A DNA stretch of 64,000 bases, taken from Alphaproteobacteria bacterium. Lineage in GTDB: Bacteria; Pseudomonadota; Alphaproteobacteria; UBA828. Shown here one piece after another: positions 31,317 to 41,755 of this stretch (position 1 is the first letter of the stretch; every line of letters begins with the position of its first letter). The stretch covers positions 2,848,001-2,912,000 of the forward strand of contig OZ243972.1 of the NCBI GenBank assembly GCA_965214705.1, read 5' to 3'. Below the pieces are notes generated by a model. The model was given only the letters and a program-made list of their open reading frames with translations, was not told where the DNA came from and made no database searches. Position numbers and translations under genes: made by a program.

Positions 31317-32648
31317 ATGAAGAACACTGTGGATGCAAGACGCCGCAGATTCTTGAAAGGCGCTGCGCTGGCGGGAGCCGGCACGATGGTTGCCGGTGCA
31401 ACCACGCTGGCCGACATCAACGATGGGGCGAAAGCGCAAGGGTCGCCGATCATGGTCGGCGGCATAACGCCGCTCACGGGCCCGGGCGCGCCGTCCGGCG
31501 CCGAGGCCAAGCGCGGCCTTGAGATGGCGTGCGAGGAAGTCAATGCCATGGGCGGCATCCTCGGCCGTCCCGTCGAGCCGGTCTTCGGCGACAGCAAGAA
31601 CCGCAGCGCCGACGAAGTGGTCTCCGCGGCCAACCTCCTCATCGATCGCCACGAGGTTCACGCCATCATCAACGGCCACAACATCGGCTCGAACAACGCC
31701 GAGTATGACCTCGTTGCCGATGCGTCCGTGATGTACATCCACACAAATACATTGCGGCAGCACGATGAATGGATCGAGAACAACCCGGGCAAGTATCCGA
31801 CAATCTTCATGAGCGATCCGGCGGAGTTCTGGTACGGACCGGGCTGGATCAAGTTCATCTCGTGGCTGCGCGATACCGGTCAGTGGACACCGCAGAACAA
31901 TACGATCGCTCTCGTTTCAGGCTCGCTTCCCTACAGCACCGTGATTTCCAACGCTGCCGCCCAGGTCGCGGCGGATCACGGATGGGAAATCGCTTGGGGC
32001 GGCGTCGAGACGGTGTCGACCCCGACCACGGAGTGGGGGCCGATCCTGGCCAAAATCCGCGAGGCCAACCCCGCGGCGATTCAGAACTCGCACTTCTATG
32101 CGGGCGACATCGCGCAGTTCATGATCCAGTTCAACCAAAACCCTATCGACGCCTTGATCTACTTCCCCTGGGGTCCGCTGCTCTCGGCGTTCACCGAGAT
32201 CGGGAAGGAGAACAGCGTCGGCGTGACGACCTCGACCGTGATCGGCCTGCTGCAGGACGAGAAAGGCACGGATTTCAGGCGGCGCTACAAGGAGAAGTTT
32301 GGCCCGACCGCGAGCGCTGTCGGTGCGACGGTGTCGTATCCCAACATGCACCACTTCGCGATCGCCGCGGCGGTGGCGGGCGGCACTTCGGAGCCGGGCA
32401 ACGTGGAGCAGGCGGAGAAGGTCGCGGCGCAGCTCAAGCGAATCGCCTATCGCGGCGTCAACGGCTCGGTCGCGTACCACCCGGTCTGGCAGTCCGCCAT
32501 TCCGTATCCCGACTTGTCGAGCGACCCGTCGCTCGGCATGCCGCACTTGTTCTTCCAGATCAAGGACTGGGAGAAGCAGGAGCGGATCCTGATTTCGCCC
32601 CCGCCGTACAACACGGGCGATTTCTTCCTCCCGCCGTGGTTCACGTAA
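31317..32648 (+). CDS. ABC substrate-binding protein (Liv family), Tat signal
   Basis: 'RRRFLKG' Tat motif; 'PLTGPGA', 'NAMGGILGRPVE'. Confidence 0.9.
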   Translation: MKNTVDARRRRFLKGAALAGAGTMVAGATTLADINDGAKAQGSPIMVGGITPLTGPGAPSGAEAKRGLEMACEEVNAMGGILGRPVEPVFGDSKNRSADEVVSAANLLIDRHEVHAIINGHNIGSNNAEYDLVADASVMYIHTNTLRQHDEWIENNPGKYPTIFMSDPAEFWYGPGWIKFISWLRDTGQWTPQNNTIALVSGSLPYSTVISNAAAQVAADHGWEIAWGGVETVSTPTTEWGPILAKIREANPAAIQNSHFYAGDIAQFMIQFNQNPIDALIYFPWGPLLSAFTEIGKENSVGVTTSTVIGLLQDEKGTDFRRRYKEKFGPTASAVGATVSYPNMHHFAIAAAVAGGTSEPGNVEQAEKVAAQLKRIAYRGVNGSVAYHPVWQSAIPYPDLSSDPSLGMPHLFFQIKDWEKQERILISPPPYNTGDFFLPPWFT

Positions 32649-32687
32649 ACGAAGGGAGCGGTTGAGGGCGCGGCGTCGCGGCACAGC

Positions 32688-33494
32688 GTGAACAGTCCGC
32701 AAGACGGGCCGCTGCTGGCTTGCGACGCCGTTTGCGCCCACTACGGTGCCATGGCCGCGGTGGACGAATTAAGTTTCACCGTCGGCCATGGCGAAATTCT
32801 CGGCGTTGGCGGGCCGAACGGGGCCGGTAAGACGACTCTGTTCGACGTAATTTCGGGCCTGACCCCCGCCAGCGGCGGCACGATCACATTTGACGGTCAG
32901 GATCTCACCGGAAAATCCGCGGACCGCGTGTGCCACGCAGGCATCTCGCGCACGTTTCAACTCAACGCGGCGTATGACACGCTCACCGTCAGGGAAAACG
33001 TATTGTGCGCCTCCTATTACGGCTTCCGCAACGTCGTCTTCCCCAAGTTCCGGTTCGATCGCGCGACCCGCACGCGCGCCGATGAGGCCATCGCCTTCGT
33101 CGGGCTGGAAGACGACACGGAGACGGTGGTGGGCGAACTGCCCATCCTGCAGCGCAAGCTGCTCATGCTTGCCGCCGCCGTCGCGCGCCAGCCCAGGCTG
33201 CTCTTGCTGGACGAGCCCGTCGGCGGTCTAAATCGGCAGGAAATCGACCTCGTGATGGGCATCTTGCGTCGGTTCCGTGACGAGCAAGCGCTGACCATCG
33301 TGCTCATCGAGCACGTCATGCGTTTTCTTGTGGCGCTCTCGGATCGCGCCTTGATCATGCATCACGGCCAGAAGATCTACGAAGGGCCGGCGGACGGATT
33401 AGCGCGCGACAAGACCGTCGTCGAGGTCTATTTGGGAGAGCGCCTGGCCCAGCGTCTTCGCCTCGGGATAGAGGAAGCGGAAGCCGGTGACTGA
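32688..33494 (+). CDS. ABC ATP-binding protein, LivG-like
   Basis: 'GPNGAGKTT', 'RTFQ', 'LLLDEP'. Confidence 0.92.
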   Translation: MNSPQDGPLLACDAVCAHYGAMAAVDELSFTVGHGEILGVGGPNGAGKTTLFDVISGLTPASGGTITFDGQDLTGKSADRVCHAGISRTFQLNAAYDTLTVRENVLCASYYGFRNVVFPKFRFDRATRTRADEAIAFVGLEDDTETVVGELPILQRKLLMLAAAVARQPRLLLLDEPVGGLNRQEIDLVMGILRRFRDEQALTIVLIEHVMRFLVALSDRALIMHHGQKIYEGPADGLARDKTVVEVYLGERLAQRLRLGIEEAEAGD

Positions 33495-34209
33495 GGCTTC
33501 GCTAAACGTCGACGCGATTACCGCCGGCTATCGCGGACGGCCGGTTCTCCGCGATGTCTCGCTCTCCGTGCCCGAGGGGAAGGTGGTAGGCATTGTCGGG
33601 CCAAACGGCCACGGCAAGACGACGCTGCTGCGCTGCATATCCGGCATGCTTCCGCTGTCTTCGGGACAAATCGTCTTCCGGGACAAGATTTTAAAAGGGT
33701 TAGCGATCGAGAAGATCGCCGAGCTTGGGGTGATTCATATTCCGCAGGGTGATCTCATCTTTCCGGACATGTCGGTGCGCGACAACCTGCTCATGGGCGC
33801 ATACATGCCCGCGGCCTACGCCAACGTCGAGCAGCATCTGAACGCGGTCCATGATCTGTTTCCCGTTCTCCTCGAGCGACGGGATCAGATCGCGAGCACG
33901 CTGTCCGGCGGCGAGCGGCGGATGCTCGGCATCGGCCGGGGCCTGATGTGCGGCGGCCGGCTGCTGATGATCGACGAGCCGTCGCTCGGACTCGCTCCCA
34001 TCGTCATCGAGCAGATCTATGCGGTGCTCAACGAGCTGAAGCGCGAGGGCAGAACCATTCTCCTGGTGGAAGAAAACGCGGCGCGCATGCTCGACCTGGT
34101 CGACGAGATCTACCTACTCGACCATGGCGAGTTGGTTTGGAACGGCACGCCGGCCGAGTTTGAAGAGCGTCAGGAGGTCCTCGAGACCTATCTGGGCGCG
34201 GACCTGTAG
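33487..34209 (+). CDS. ABC ATP-binding protein, LivF-like
   Basis: 'GPNGHGKTT', 'LSGGE', 'DEPSLGLAP'. Confidence 0.92.
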   Translation: MTEASLNVDAITAGYRGRPVLRDVSLSVPEGKVVGIVGPNGHGKTTLLRCISGMLPLSSGQIVFRDKILKGLAIEKIAELGVIHIPQGDLIFPDMSVRDNLLMGAYMPAAYANVEQHLNAVHDLFPVLLERRDQIASTLSGGERRMLGIGRGLMCGGRLLMIDEPSLGLAPIVIEQIYAVLNELKREGRTILLVEENAARMLDLVDEIYLLDHGELVWNGTPAEFEERQEVLETYLGADL

Positions 34210-34211
34210 CC

Positions 34212-35093
34212 GTGGAAGCCTTTCTGCAAATCCTGTTCAGCGGCCTGACGCTCGGCGCCATGTACGCGCTCAGCGCGGTCGGCCTGACCCTGCTCTGGGG
34301 CGTGGTCGGCATGCTCAACATGTCGCAGGGAGTCATGCTGGCGATTGGCGGCTACGCCTCCTACAGCGCGATCACCTATCTGGGCCTCCCGTGGCCGCTG
34401 GGTCTCCCTGCCGCGATTATCGGCGGGTTCATCACGGGGCTGGTCTTCTACCACGTGATGGTGCGCTGGATGTACCGTGCCCCGGCGTTCGAAGTGAACA
34501 TCATCATCGCCACCGTCGGCGCGGCCATCGTGCTCGAAAGCCTGATGATCCGCGTGTTCACCGGCTATCCCCTCGATCAGCCGTTTTCACTGCCGGGGGG
34601 CTTCCGCATCGGCGGGATACAGCTCCCCTTCCAGACGCTGATCAATCTCGGCGTCGCGGGCATCATGACGCTGGGGCTCGGCTGGCTGCTGCGCTCGACC
34701 CGGCTGGGTCGCGCGATCCGGGCAACCGCCCAACGCCGCGATGCCGCACAACTCCTGGGCGTTCCCGTCGCCCGGGTCTATCTCCAGGTGATGATCATGG
34801 CGGGCATCATTGCCGCCATCTCTGGAGTCATGCTGACCGCGTCGGTGGCCAACCTCTCCCCCTACGCGGGGACCAACCCGATGCTCAAGGCGTTCTTCAT
34901 TTGCGCCATCGCGGGCCTCGGCAACATCCCGGCGGCGGTGGGCGCCTCGCTAATTCTCGCCTTCATCGAAGGCAGCATCCAGTATTCTGTAAGCGCACGG
35001 TTCGGCTTCCCGACCATGCTGGGCTTGGCAATCGTTGTCCTCATCTGGCGTCCCTACGGCCTGTTCGGCCAACGGACCGTTGAGCGGTCATGA
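34212..35093 (+). CDS. ABC permease, LivH-like
   Basis: 'YALSAVGLTL', 'GRAIRATAQ', 'AGLGNI'. Confidence 0.92.
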   Translation: MEAFLQILFSGLTLGAMYALSAVGLTLLWGVVGMLNMSQGVMLAIGGYASYSAITYLGLPWPLGLPAAIIGGFITGLVFYHVMVRWMYRAPAFEVNIIIATVGAAIVLESLMIRVFTGYPLDQPFSLPGGFRIGGIQLPFQTLINLGVAGIMTLGLGWLLRSTRLGRAIRATAQRRDAAQLLGVPVARVYLQVMIMAGIIAAISGVMLTASVANLSPYAGTNPMLKAFFICAIAGLGNIPAAVGASLILAFIEGSIQYSVSARFGFPTMLGLAIVVLIWRPYGLFGQRTVERS

Positions 35094-36151
35094 ACGGCGC
35101 CGGCTTCATCCGCATGACCCCGATCAGGCGCGACATCGCCATCGGCTTCTTTTTCCTCGCAATTGCGATCGCCATTCCCTTCATCGATTCCTCCCGCTCG
35201 ACGATGACGCAGGTAATCCTGCTGTTCATCTGGGCGAGCATCGTCACCCAGTGGAATCTCGTCTTCGGCGTGGCGGGAATCTTTTCCCTGGCGCAAATGG
35301 CCGTGTTCACCATGGGCGGCTACACCGCCGCCATGCTGAGCCTCTATATGGGCTGGTCGCTATGGTTGACGAGCTTCCTCGGCGCCTTCATGGCCGTGCT
35401 CGTGAGCGGCATCATCGGCGCGGCGACCATCCGTCTCAGGGGCGCCTACGTCGCGCTTCTCACCATCGGCTTCGCCGTCGTGATGCAGGTGCTGATCCTG
35501 ACGGACTCCGATTGCTTCTTCTATCGCGGCGTCACTTGCTACAATTTCACCGGCGGATCGAGCGGCCTCTCTCAATTCGGAGATTTCGGGTTCCGCGACT
35601 GGCTCGGCTACAAGCAGAGCCTTGTCGGCAAGTATTATCTCGCACTCTTTCTCCTGGTGCTTGGAACGATCTTCGCGCTGGTGATCATGCGTGGCCCCTT
35701 CGGCTACGCGTTCCGAGCGCTTCGCGATAATGCCAACTGCGCCAGCTCGCAGGGCATCAATCGGGTCAAGTATCAGATCCTCGTGTTTGCTCTGTCGGGG
35801 TTCTTCACCGGGCTTTCCGGCGCATTCTATGCCGGGCATTACAAGACCATCGGCCCGACGATGCTCGATCTATCAGTCCTGCTGCTACTGCTCTCGATGA
35901 TGGTCGTCGGTGGGCTGGGCCGCGCCTGGGGCCCGCTCTTGGGCTGTATCATTCTGATGTTCATCGACGATCAACTGAAAGTCTATGCGGAGTGGCGCAC
36001 GGTCGGCACTGGGGCGATCACCATCCTCTTCATCATTGTGTTCCGCCAGGGCGTCGCGGGTCTCATTGAGCAGCTATGGGAGCGCCTGTTGGCTTTGCGC
36101 GGCGCGCGGACCGCCGGCGCCTCGGCGACCAACGATAAGGCGACCGGATAG
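35090..36151 (+). CDS. ABC permease, LivM-like
   Basis: 'RLRGAYVAL', 'RALRDN', 'VVGGLG'. Confidence 0.9.
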   Translation: MNGAGFIRMTPIRRDIAIGFFFLAIAIAIPFIDSSRSTMTQVILLFIWASIVTQWNLVFGVAGIFSLAQMAVFTMGGYTAAMLSLYMGWSLWLTSFLGAFMAVLVSGIIGAATIRLRGAYVALLTIGFAVVMQVLILTDSDCFFYRGVTCYNFTGGSSGLSQFGDFGFRDWLGYKQSLVGKYYLALFLLVLGTIFALVIMRGPFGYAFRALRDNANCASSQGINRVKYQILVFALSGFFTGLSGAFYAGHYKTIGPTMLDLSVLLLLLSMMVVGGLGRAWGPLLGCIILMFIDDQLKVYAEWRTVGTGAITILFIIVFRQGVAGLIEQLWERLLALRGARTAGASATNDKATG

Positions 36152-36172
36152 GCTCCACGCCGCGTGCGGGGG

Positions 36173-37216
36173 TCAGCCATGACTGCCGGCGGCGGCTCCA
36201 CCCTCTGCCGCGAGATCGGCGGCGTCGCGCTTGAAGCACGCGACGAGCCCGCCCGCCGAGCCCACCTGTAGAGGCGGCCGACTTCGCTCGCAATCGTGGT
36301 CGCCTTCCGGGCAGCGACTCAAGAACGGACAGCCCGGCGGCACGTCGATCGGGCTCGGAATTTCGCCCTTGATGGTGTGCAGCGCGCTATCTTCGGCACC
36401 AACCCGAAGGCGCGGCGTCGACTTGAGCAGTGCCTGGCTGTAGGGGTGCCCCTCCGATCCGAAGAAGGCCTCCGTCTCCTGCAGCTCCATGAGCTGACCC
36501 AGATAGAGCACGGCGACACGGGTGGCGATCTGCCGCACCACGCTCAGGTCGTGCGTGATGAAGATAACGCTGAGATCGAGCTCCCGTCTCAGTTGATCGA
36601 TCAGGTTGAGGATCTGACCCTGCATCGAGACATCGAGCTTGGCGATCGGCTCGTCGGCAATCAGAACTTTGGGCTCCAGCGCCAGCGCGCGGGCGATGAC
36701 CACCCGCTGCCGCTGGCTCGCATTGAGTTCGTGGGAGTAGTGCTCGGCTGTCTCGGGCGGCAGGCCGACTCGTGCCAGGAGCGCTTCGACCCGCGCCGTC
36801 GCCTCTGCCCTGTCGCAGATCCTATGCACGAGGAACGGCTCGGCGAGCACGCCGCCGACCCGCAGGCGCCGATTGAGCGCCGACGTCGGGTCCTGAAAGA
36901 TCACTTGGACCAGCTTCGCACGCTCCCGAGCACTCGGGCCGGTGAGCGCGCCGGCACGCGCGAGCATGACGTCATCGAGCCAGATCTCTCCCGCGACGGG
37001 TACGAGCGAGCCCGCGATGCAATTGGCGAGAGTGGTCTTGCCCGAGCCGCTTTCCCCGACGAGCGCGAGGCACTCGCCCCGGTGGAGATCGAGGCTGACA
37101 CCGTCGACGGCGTGCACCCACTGCTTGACGCCCAACACCCTGTCCCGCAGACCGCGCTTCACCGGGAACAGCATGCGCAGCTCCTTGATGCTCACGTGAA
37201 TGTCGGGGCCGCTCAT
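36173..37216 (-). CDS. Oligo/dipeptide ABC ATP-binding protein (DppF-like)
   Basis: 'GESGSGKTT', 'FQDP', 'HPYS', C-terminal 'GCPF..RC'. Confidence 0.92.
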   Translation of the reverse strand: MSGPDIHVSIKELRMLFPVKRGLRDRVLGVKQWVHAVDGVSLDLHRGECLALVGESGSGKTTLANCIAGSLVPVAGEIWLDDVMLARAGALTGPSARERAKLVQVIFQDPTSALNRRLRVGGVLAEPFLVHRICDRAEATARVEALLARVGLPPETAEHYSHELNASQRQRVVIARALALEPKVLIADEPIAKLDVSMQGQILNLIDQLRRELDLSVIFITHDLSVVRQIATRVAVLYLGQLMELQETEAFFGSEGHPYSQALLKSTPRLRVGAEDSALHTIKGEIPSPIDVPPGCPFLSRCPEGDHDCERSRPPLQVGSAGGLVACFKRDAADLAAEGGAAAGSHG

Positions 37217-38223
37217 GGGGTCGATGCCGCCGCTGACGATCCGCTCACGGTCGCGTCCAGCGGGCTCCAACAACGATAGCTATGCCCGGCCAAAGGACTC
37301 TCCTCGTGCGGCGTTTCGCGCGCGCAGACGTCGAGGGCACGAGGACAACGAGGATGAAACTGGCAGCCGCTAATCGGCTCGTCCCTCGGATTGGGCGGAT
37401 TGCCCGGCAGCGTCGCGAAGGGGAAACGGTACTCCTCGACGGAGGGCGAGCACGCCAGGAGAGCAGCGGTATACGGATGGCGCGGCGCGTTGAAGACCGA
37501 TGGCGCGTCGCCCTGCTCCACGATGCCGCCGGCGTACAGGATGAGGAGCCGTTCGCAGATCGTCGAGACGACGCGGAAGTCGTGCGAAATATAGATGAGT
37601 GCGAGCTTACGCTCGTCGACGAGGTGGCGGAGCAGCTCCAGGATCTGGGCCTGGATCGTCACGTCGACTGCAGACGTGGGGTCGTCCGCGATGAGCAGGC
37701 TCGGCTCGCTGGCCAAGGCCATGGCGATGGCGACTCGTTGCTTCATACCGCCCGATAGTTCACTCGGGAATGCTCGGAGCCGCCGTTCCGGTTCGGGAAT
37801 ACCCACCTGCCCCAGAAGCTGCACGCTTTGTCGCGCGGCTTCGGCTCTGCTGACCGAGAGGTGTGTGCGAATCACCTCGCCGAGCTGGACGCCCACCGGA
37901 TAGACCGGCGTCAACGACGCTGCAGCATCCTGAAAGATGAGCGACATGCCGCCGCCGCGCACCCGCCTCAGCTCGGGCCGCCGTAAGTGAAGGACATCCT
38001 GGCCCGCGAACACGACTCGCCCCGCCGTGATGCGCCCCGGTGCGCGGATGATGTTCAACAGAGAGAGTGCCAGGACGGACTTGCCGCTGCCGCTCTCGCC
38101 GACCACGCCGAGCCGCTCTCCGGCCTGACACGTCAGGCTCACATCGTTCAGCGCCGCGAACTCACGGCCACCGACCCGGTAGACCGTGGTGAGACCCTCG
38201 ACGCTGAGCAGTGGATCGTTCAC
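37213..38223 (-). CDS. Oligo/dipeptide ABC ATP-binding protein (DppD-like)
   Basis: 'GESGSGKS', 'LSGGMKQR', 'HPYT', 'GCQFHPRC'. Confidence 0.92.
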   Translation of the reverse strand: MNDPLLSVEGLTTVYRVGGREFAALNDVSLTCQAGERLGVVGESGSGKSVLALSLLNIIRAPGRITAGRVVFAGQDVLHLRRPELRRVRGGGMSLIFQDAAASLTPVYPVGVQLGEVIRTHLSVSRAEAARQSVQLLGQVGIPEPERRLRAFPSELSGGMKQRVAIAMALASEPSLLIADDPTSAVDVTIQAQILELLRHLVDERKLALIYISHDFRVVSTICERLLILYAGGIVEQGDAPSVFNAPRHPYTAALLACSPSVEEYRFPFATLPGNPPNPRDEPISGCQFHPRCPRALDVCARETPHEESPLAGHSYRCWSPLDATVSGSSAAASTP

Positions 38224-39074
38224 CGGCGCTCTGTGGGATCGAGGTGGTAGCGCAGACGCGCGCCGAACACGTTCCACGCAAGCACGAGGATGATGATCGC
38301 AAGCGCGGGGAAGATCGCGAGCCAGGGCGCCAGCAGCATGCTCTTCTGCGCCTCAGCCAGCATGTTGCCCCAGTCCGGCGTGGGTGGCTGCACGCCAAGT
38401 CCGAGGAAGCTGAGCGCGGCAAGGTCCACGACCGCGTAGGCCAGTACGATGCTCGCCTGCACGATGATCTGAGACAGGCAGTTGGGCAGCACATGGCGCA
38501 AGGCGATGCGTAGCGGCGAGTAGCCGAGAAGCCGGCCCGCCTCGACATACTGCTCCTTCGTTTGGATACGCGCCTGCGAACGCACAACCCGCGCCGCCGT
38601 CGGCATGTAGACGAGGGCGAGCCCGACCACCACCGGGATCAGCCCTGGACCGAAAATGGCGACGAAGAGCACACCCATGATGAGAGCGGGGAAGCTCAAC
38701 AGGATGTCGCCGATGCGCATCATGATGTTGTCGACCCGGCCGCCGATGTAGCCCGCGATGAGGCCGTACACCGTGCCCAGGCCGACATCGATGACGACGA
38801 CGGCAAACGCGCCCAGCAACGCCATGCGGGTGCCGACGATGAGCCGGCTGAACAGGTCCCGTCCGCTGCGGTCGGTACCGAACCAGAAATCGCCGGAGGG
38901 CGGCAGATAGTTCGAACCGGGATTGATCTGGTTCGGGTCCTGAGGCGCGATCCAGGGGCCGAACACCGCAATGATGACGAAAAGCACCACGAGCGTCGCC
39001 GATATGGCGAGGGCGGGATCGCGCCGGAGAGCCGAGAGGACAGCCGCGGTTCGCATCCCTGCCCTACCTGTCAA
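38220..39074 (-). CDS. Peptide ABC permease (DppC-like)
   Basis: 'FGTDRSGRD', 'YVEA', 'LSFLGLGVQPP.PDWG'. Confidence 0.92.
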   Translation of the reverse strand: MTGRAGMRTAAVLSALRRDPALAISATLVVLFVIIAVFGPWIAPQDPNQINPGSNYLPPSGDFWFGTDRSGRDLFSRLIVGTRMALLGAFAVVVIDVGLGTVYGLIAGYIGGRVDNIMMRIGDILLSFPALIMGVLFVAIFGPGLIPVVVGLALVYMPTAARVVRSQARIQTKEQYVEAGRLLGYSPLRIALRHVLPNCLSQIIVQASIVLAYAVVDLAALSFLGLGVQPPTPDWGNMLAEAQKSMLLAPWLAIFPALAIIILVLAWNVFGARLRYHLDPTERR

Positions 39075-39997
39075 TCGGCATAGCGAGGATCGAGCCGCGA
39101 GGCCACGATATCCACCAGCAAGGTCGTCGCTGTGAATGCCACGGCAATGCAGACCAGGATCGCCTGAACGACCGGGTAGTCCCGCTGATTGACGGCGTCG
39201 ACCAGAAGCTGGCCGATGCCGCCCATGCCGAACACGAAGTCCACCAGGACCGTGCCGACGATCATGTAGCCGAACTGTACGCCCAGGATGTTCACCACCG
39301 GGACCATCGCCGTGCGGAAGCCGTGACGGATGACGGCGATGGGTCTGAGGCCGCGCGCTTCGGCGGCGAGGATGTACTCCCGATTAAGCACGTCGATCAT
39401 GCCTGCGCGCAGTGTGTTGGTCTGCGCGGCCGTCATGGCGAGCCCGAGGACACACCAGGGCATGAGGAGGTGAGAGATTCGATCCCAGCCGAAGCCCTCG
39501 CCGCGGCCGAAGGGCGGCAACCAGCCGAGCCAGAAGGAGAACACAATGATCGCGAGGATACCGGCCGTGAACACGGGCACCGAGAGCGTAACGAGCGTGG
39601 CGCCAATGATGAGTTGATCGGAAAGCCGCCCCTGCCTGAGCGCGGCAATGACGCCGAGCGGTATTGAAATGAGCATCGACAGGATCAGGCCGCCGATGAG
39701 AATTGTCAGCGTAATCGGCAGCGTTTCGCCGAGAAGTTCGGTTACCGGCTCCCGGGTCTTCAGAGAGATACCGAAATCGCCCTGCACCGCGTTCTTGGCC
39801 CAGTTCCAGAACTGAACTGTCAGCGGCTTATCCAGGTCGAACTCCCGGCGAAGCTGCTCCTTGACCTCGGCGGGCACCGGGCTTCCGGCAGTCAGCACCG
39901 TCACCGGATCGCCGGGCACGACCCTGAGAGCGAGGAAAATCAGGATCGAAACGGCGATGACGATCGGAATGAACGCGATGAGCCGCTGGGCGATCAC
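39071..39997 (-). CDS. Peptide ABC permease (DppB-like)
   Basis: 'PGDP', 'GDFGIS', 'YILAAEARG', 'RDYPVVQ'. Confidence 0.92.
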   Translation of the reverse strand: MIAQRLIAFIPIVIAVSILIFLALRVVPGDPVTVLTAGSPVPAEVKEQLRREFDLDKPLTVQFWNWAKNAVQGDFGISLKTREPVTELLGETLPITLTILIGGLILSMLISIPLGVIAALRQGRLSDQLIIGATLVTLSVPVFTAGILAIIVFSFWLGWLPPFGRGEGFGWDRISHLLMPWCVLGLAMTAAQTNTLRAGMIDVLNREYILAAEARGLRPIAVIRHGFRTAMVPVVNILGVQFGYMIVGTVLVDFVFGMGGIGQLLVDAVNQRDYPVVQAILVCIAVAFTATTLLVDIVASRLDPRYAD

Positions 39998-40162
39998 GGC
40001 CGGTACCCGCCCGAGCGAGGGTCAGGTCGAAGGGGGGCGCCCAATCTCGGACGCCCGCCCGTCGACCGGAACCAATCGATAACCTGCCGCTCCACCGTAT
40101 GCCGGTCGCCACCGGCTCCAGCGGACACCATTACATCAAATGACTTTCCTGCTTCGGGTCAC

Positions 40163-41755
40163 TCACTCACTGAAGGCGATGTCGGCGTAGCGGTCGTACA
40201 CATAGACCGGCAGGGTCTGTGCACCCGTAAGCCTGGACGACTGGAAGCGCACCGTCTGCGGGAACGCCAGGCAAAGCGACGGTTGTCGCTCCGTGAGGAT
40301 CCGCTGGCATTCCTTGAAGGCAACTGCCCGTTCGGCATCGTCCGTGGTGTAAAGCGATGTCTCGAAATGCTTGTCGTACTCCTCGTCGGCGTGCTCGGTG
40401 AAGTTGGGTCCGAACTCGCCGCCATTGGGGCCGTACCACTGCAGCAGGAAGCTCGAAATATCCGTGTAGTCGGATATCCAGTACATCAGGATGCTGTCGA
40501 AGTCGTGCGAGTAGGCCAGTGCGATGGTATCCGGCGCCGGCAGCCGCTGGATGGTGAAGTCGATACCGAGCGGCTTGACCTGCTGTTGGATCGCGAGCGC
40601 CAGTGCCTCGTAGCGGACACCGGGGTTCACCGCCATGTTCGCGGAAAAGCCGTCCGGCAACGAGCTCTCGGCCATCAGTGCTTTGGCCTTCTCGATGTCG
40701 GGCGCGTAGGTGCCCGCGTTCTCGTCATGCGAACTGAACGGAACGTTGGGCGGAATGAAGGATCCGTAGGCCGGCTCGATGTACTTCTTGCTAAAGGCGG
40801 CGAGCGCTGCGCCCGGATCGATCGCATAGCGGATCGCTTGCCGCACCTTGACATCGTTAAATGGCGGCTTCTGGTTGGCCATGTGGAGCAGTGTGTGCTC
40901 CCAGCCCGGCGCGGTCTGGATGTCCACTTCGTCTGACCGCTCGAGGATTATGGCCTGGTCGCGCGGCACGTCGTAGGACAGATGAATGTCGCCGCTCTGT
41001 AGCCCGGCGACGATGGTGGTCGCGTCCTTGATGTTGCGGAACTCGATCCGCTCGATCGGCGGCTTGCCTTCGTAATAGTCCTCGAAGGCCTCGAGCACGA
41101 CGCGGCTGGGGTCGCGATCGACGAACTTGTACGGGCCGGCGCCGACAGGACTGGTTCCGATACCGTCTCCCAGTTCCTGGACATGCTCCTTGTTGCAGAT
41201 GTTGCCGCCTTCGAAGTAGCCGATGAACTGGAACTGGTGGTCGGGCTGTTTCATCCGCACCTCGATCGTCAGATCGTCGAGGGCGACGGCTTCGTCCACA
41301 TTGACGAACATGTAGAGCTCCCACGCTCCCTCATTCGGGTCCGCGATGCGATTGAAGGTGAAGGCGACATCCTCCGCCGTCACGGGCGCGCCGTTATGGA
41401 ACTTCGCCCCCTCGCGAAGCGTGTAGCGATAGGTCAGAGGGTCCGGATTCTCCCAGGACACCGCCAGGCTCGGACGCAACTCGCCGGTTACCGGATCCTC
41501 ACGCATGAGCGTGTCGTAGATTTGGGTTTGCACATAGATCGCGGCGAAGCCGCCCCAGACCTTGGGGTCGAGGGTTCCGACCTCTTCCACGTGAGCGACC
41601 ACGAGGGTGTTGCCCTCGGTCCTCGCTTCCACAATCCGCGGCAAGATCAGCGAAGAAGCGCCAACCGCGGCGCCGGCACCGAGGCTCCGCTGGAGGAACT
41701 GCCGTCGCGTTTGAATACGCTGCATAATTGATTGCACGCCAAGGTCGTCGTTCAT
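40163..41755 (-). CDS. Peptide ABC substrate-binding protein (family 5), Tat signal
   Basis: 'TRRQFL', 'LDP', 'LREGAKFHNG', 'GAGPY', 'KVRQAI'. Confidence 0.93.
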   Translation of the reverse strand: MNDDLGVQSIMQRIQTRRQFLQRSLGAGAAVGASSLILPRIVEARTEGNTLVVAHVEEVGTLDPKVWGGFAAIYVQTQIYDTLMREDPVTGELRPSLAVSWENPDPLTYRYTLREGAKFHNGAPVTAEDVAFTFNRIADPNEGAWELYMFVNVDEAVALDDLTIEVRMKQPDHQFQFIGYFEGGNICNKEHVQELGDGIGTSPVGAGPYKFVDRDPSRVVLEAFEDYYEGKPPIERIEFRNIKDATTIVAGLQSGDIHLSYDVPRDQAIILERSDEVDIQTAPGWEHTLLHMANQKPPFNDVKVRQAIRYAIDPGAALAAFSKKYIEPAYGSFIPPNVPFSSHDENAGTYAPDIEKAKALMAESSLPDGFSANMAVNPGVRYEALALAIQQQVKPLGIDFTIQRLPAPDTIALAYSHDFDSILMYWISDYTDISSFLLQWYGPNGGEFGPNFTEHADEEYDKHFETSLYTTDDAERAVAFKECQRILTERQPSLCLAFPQTVRFQSSRLTGAQTLPVYVYDRYADIAFSE

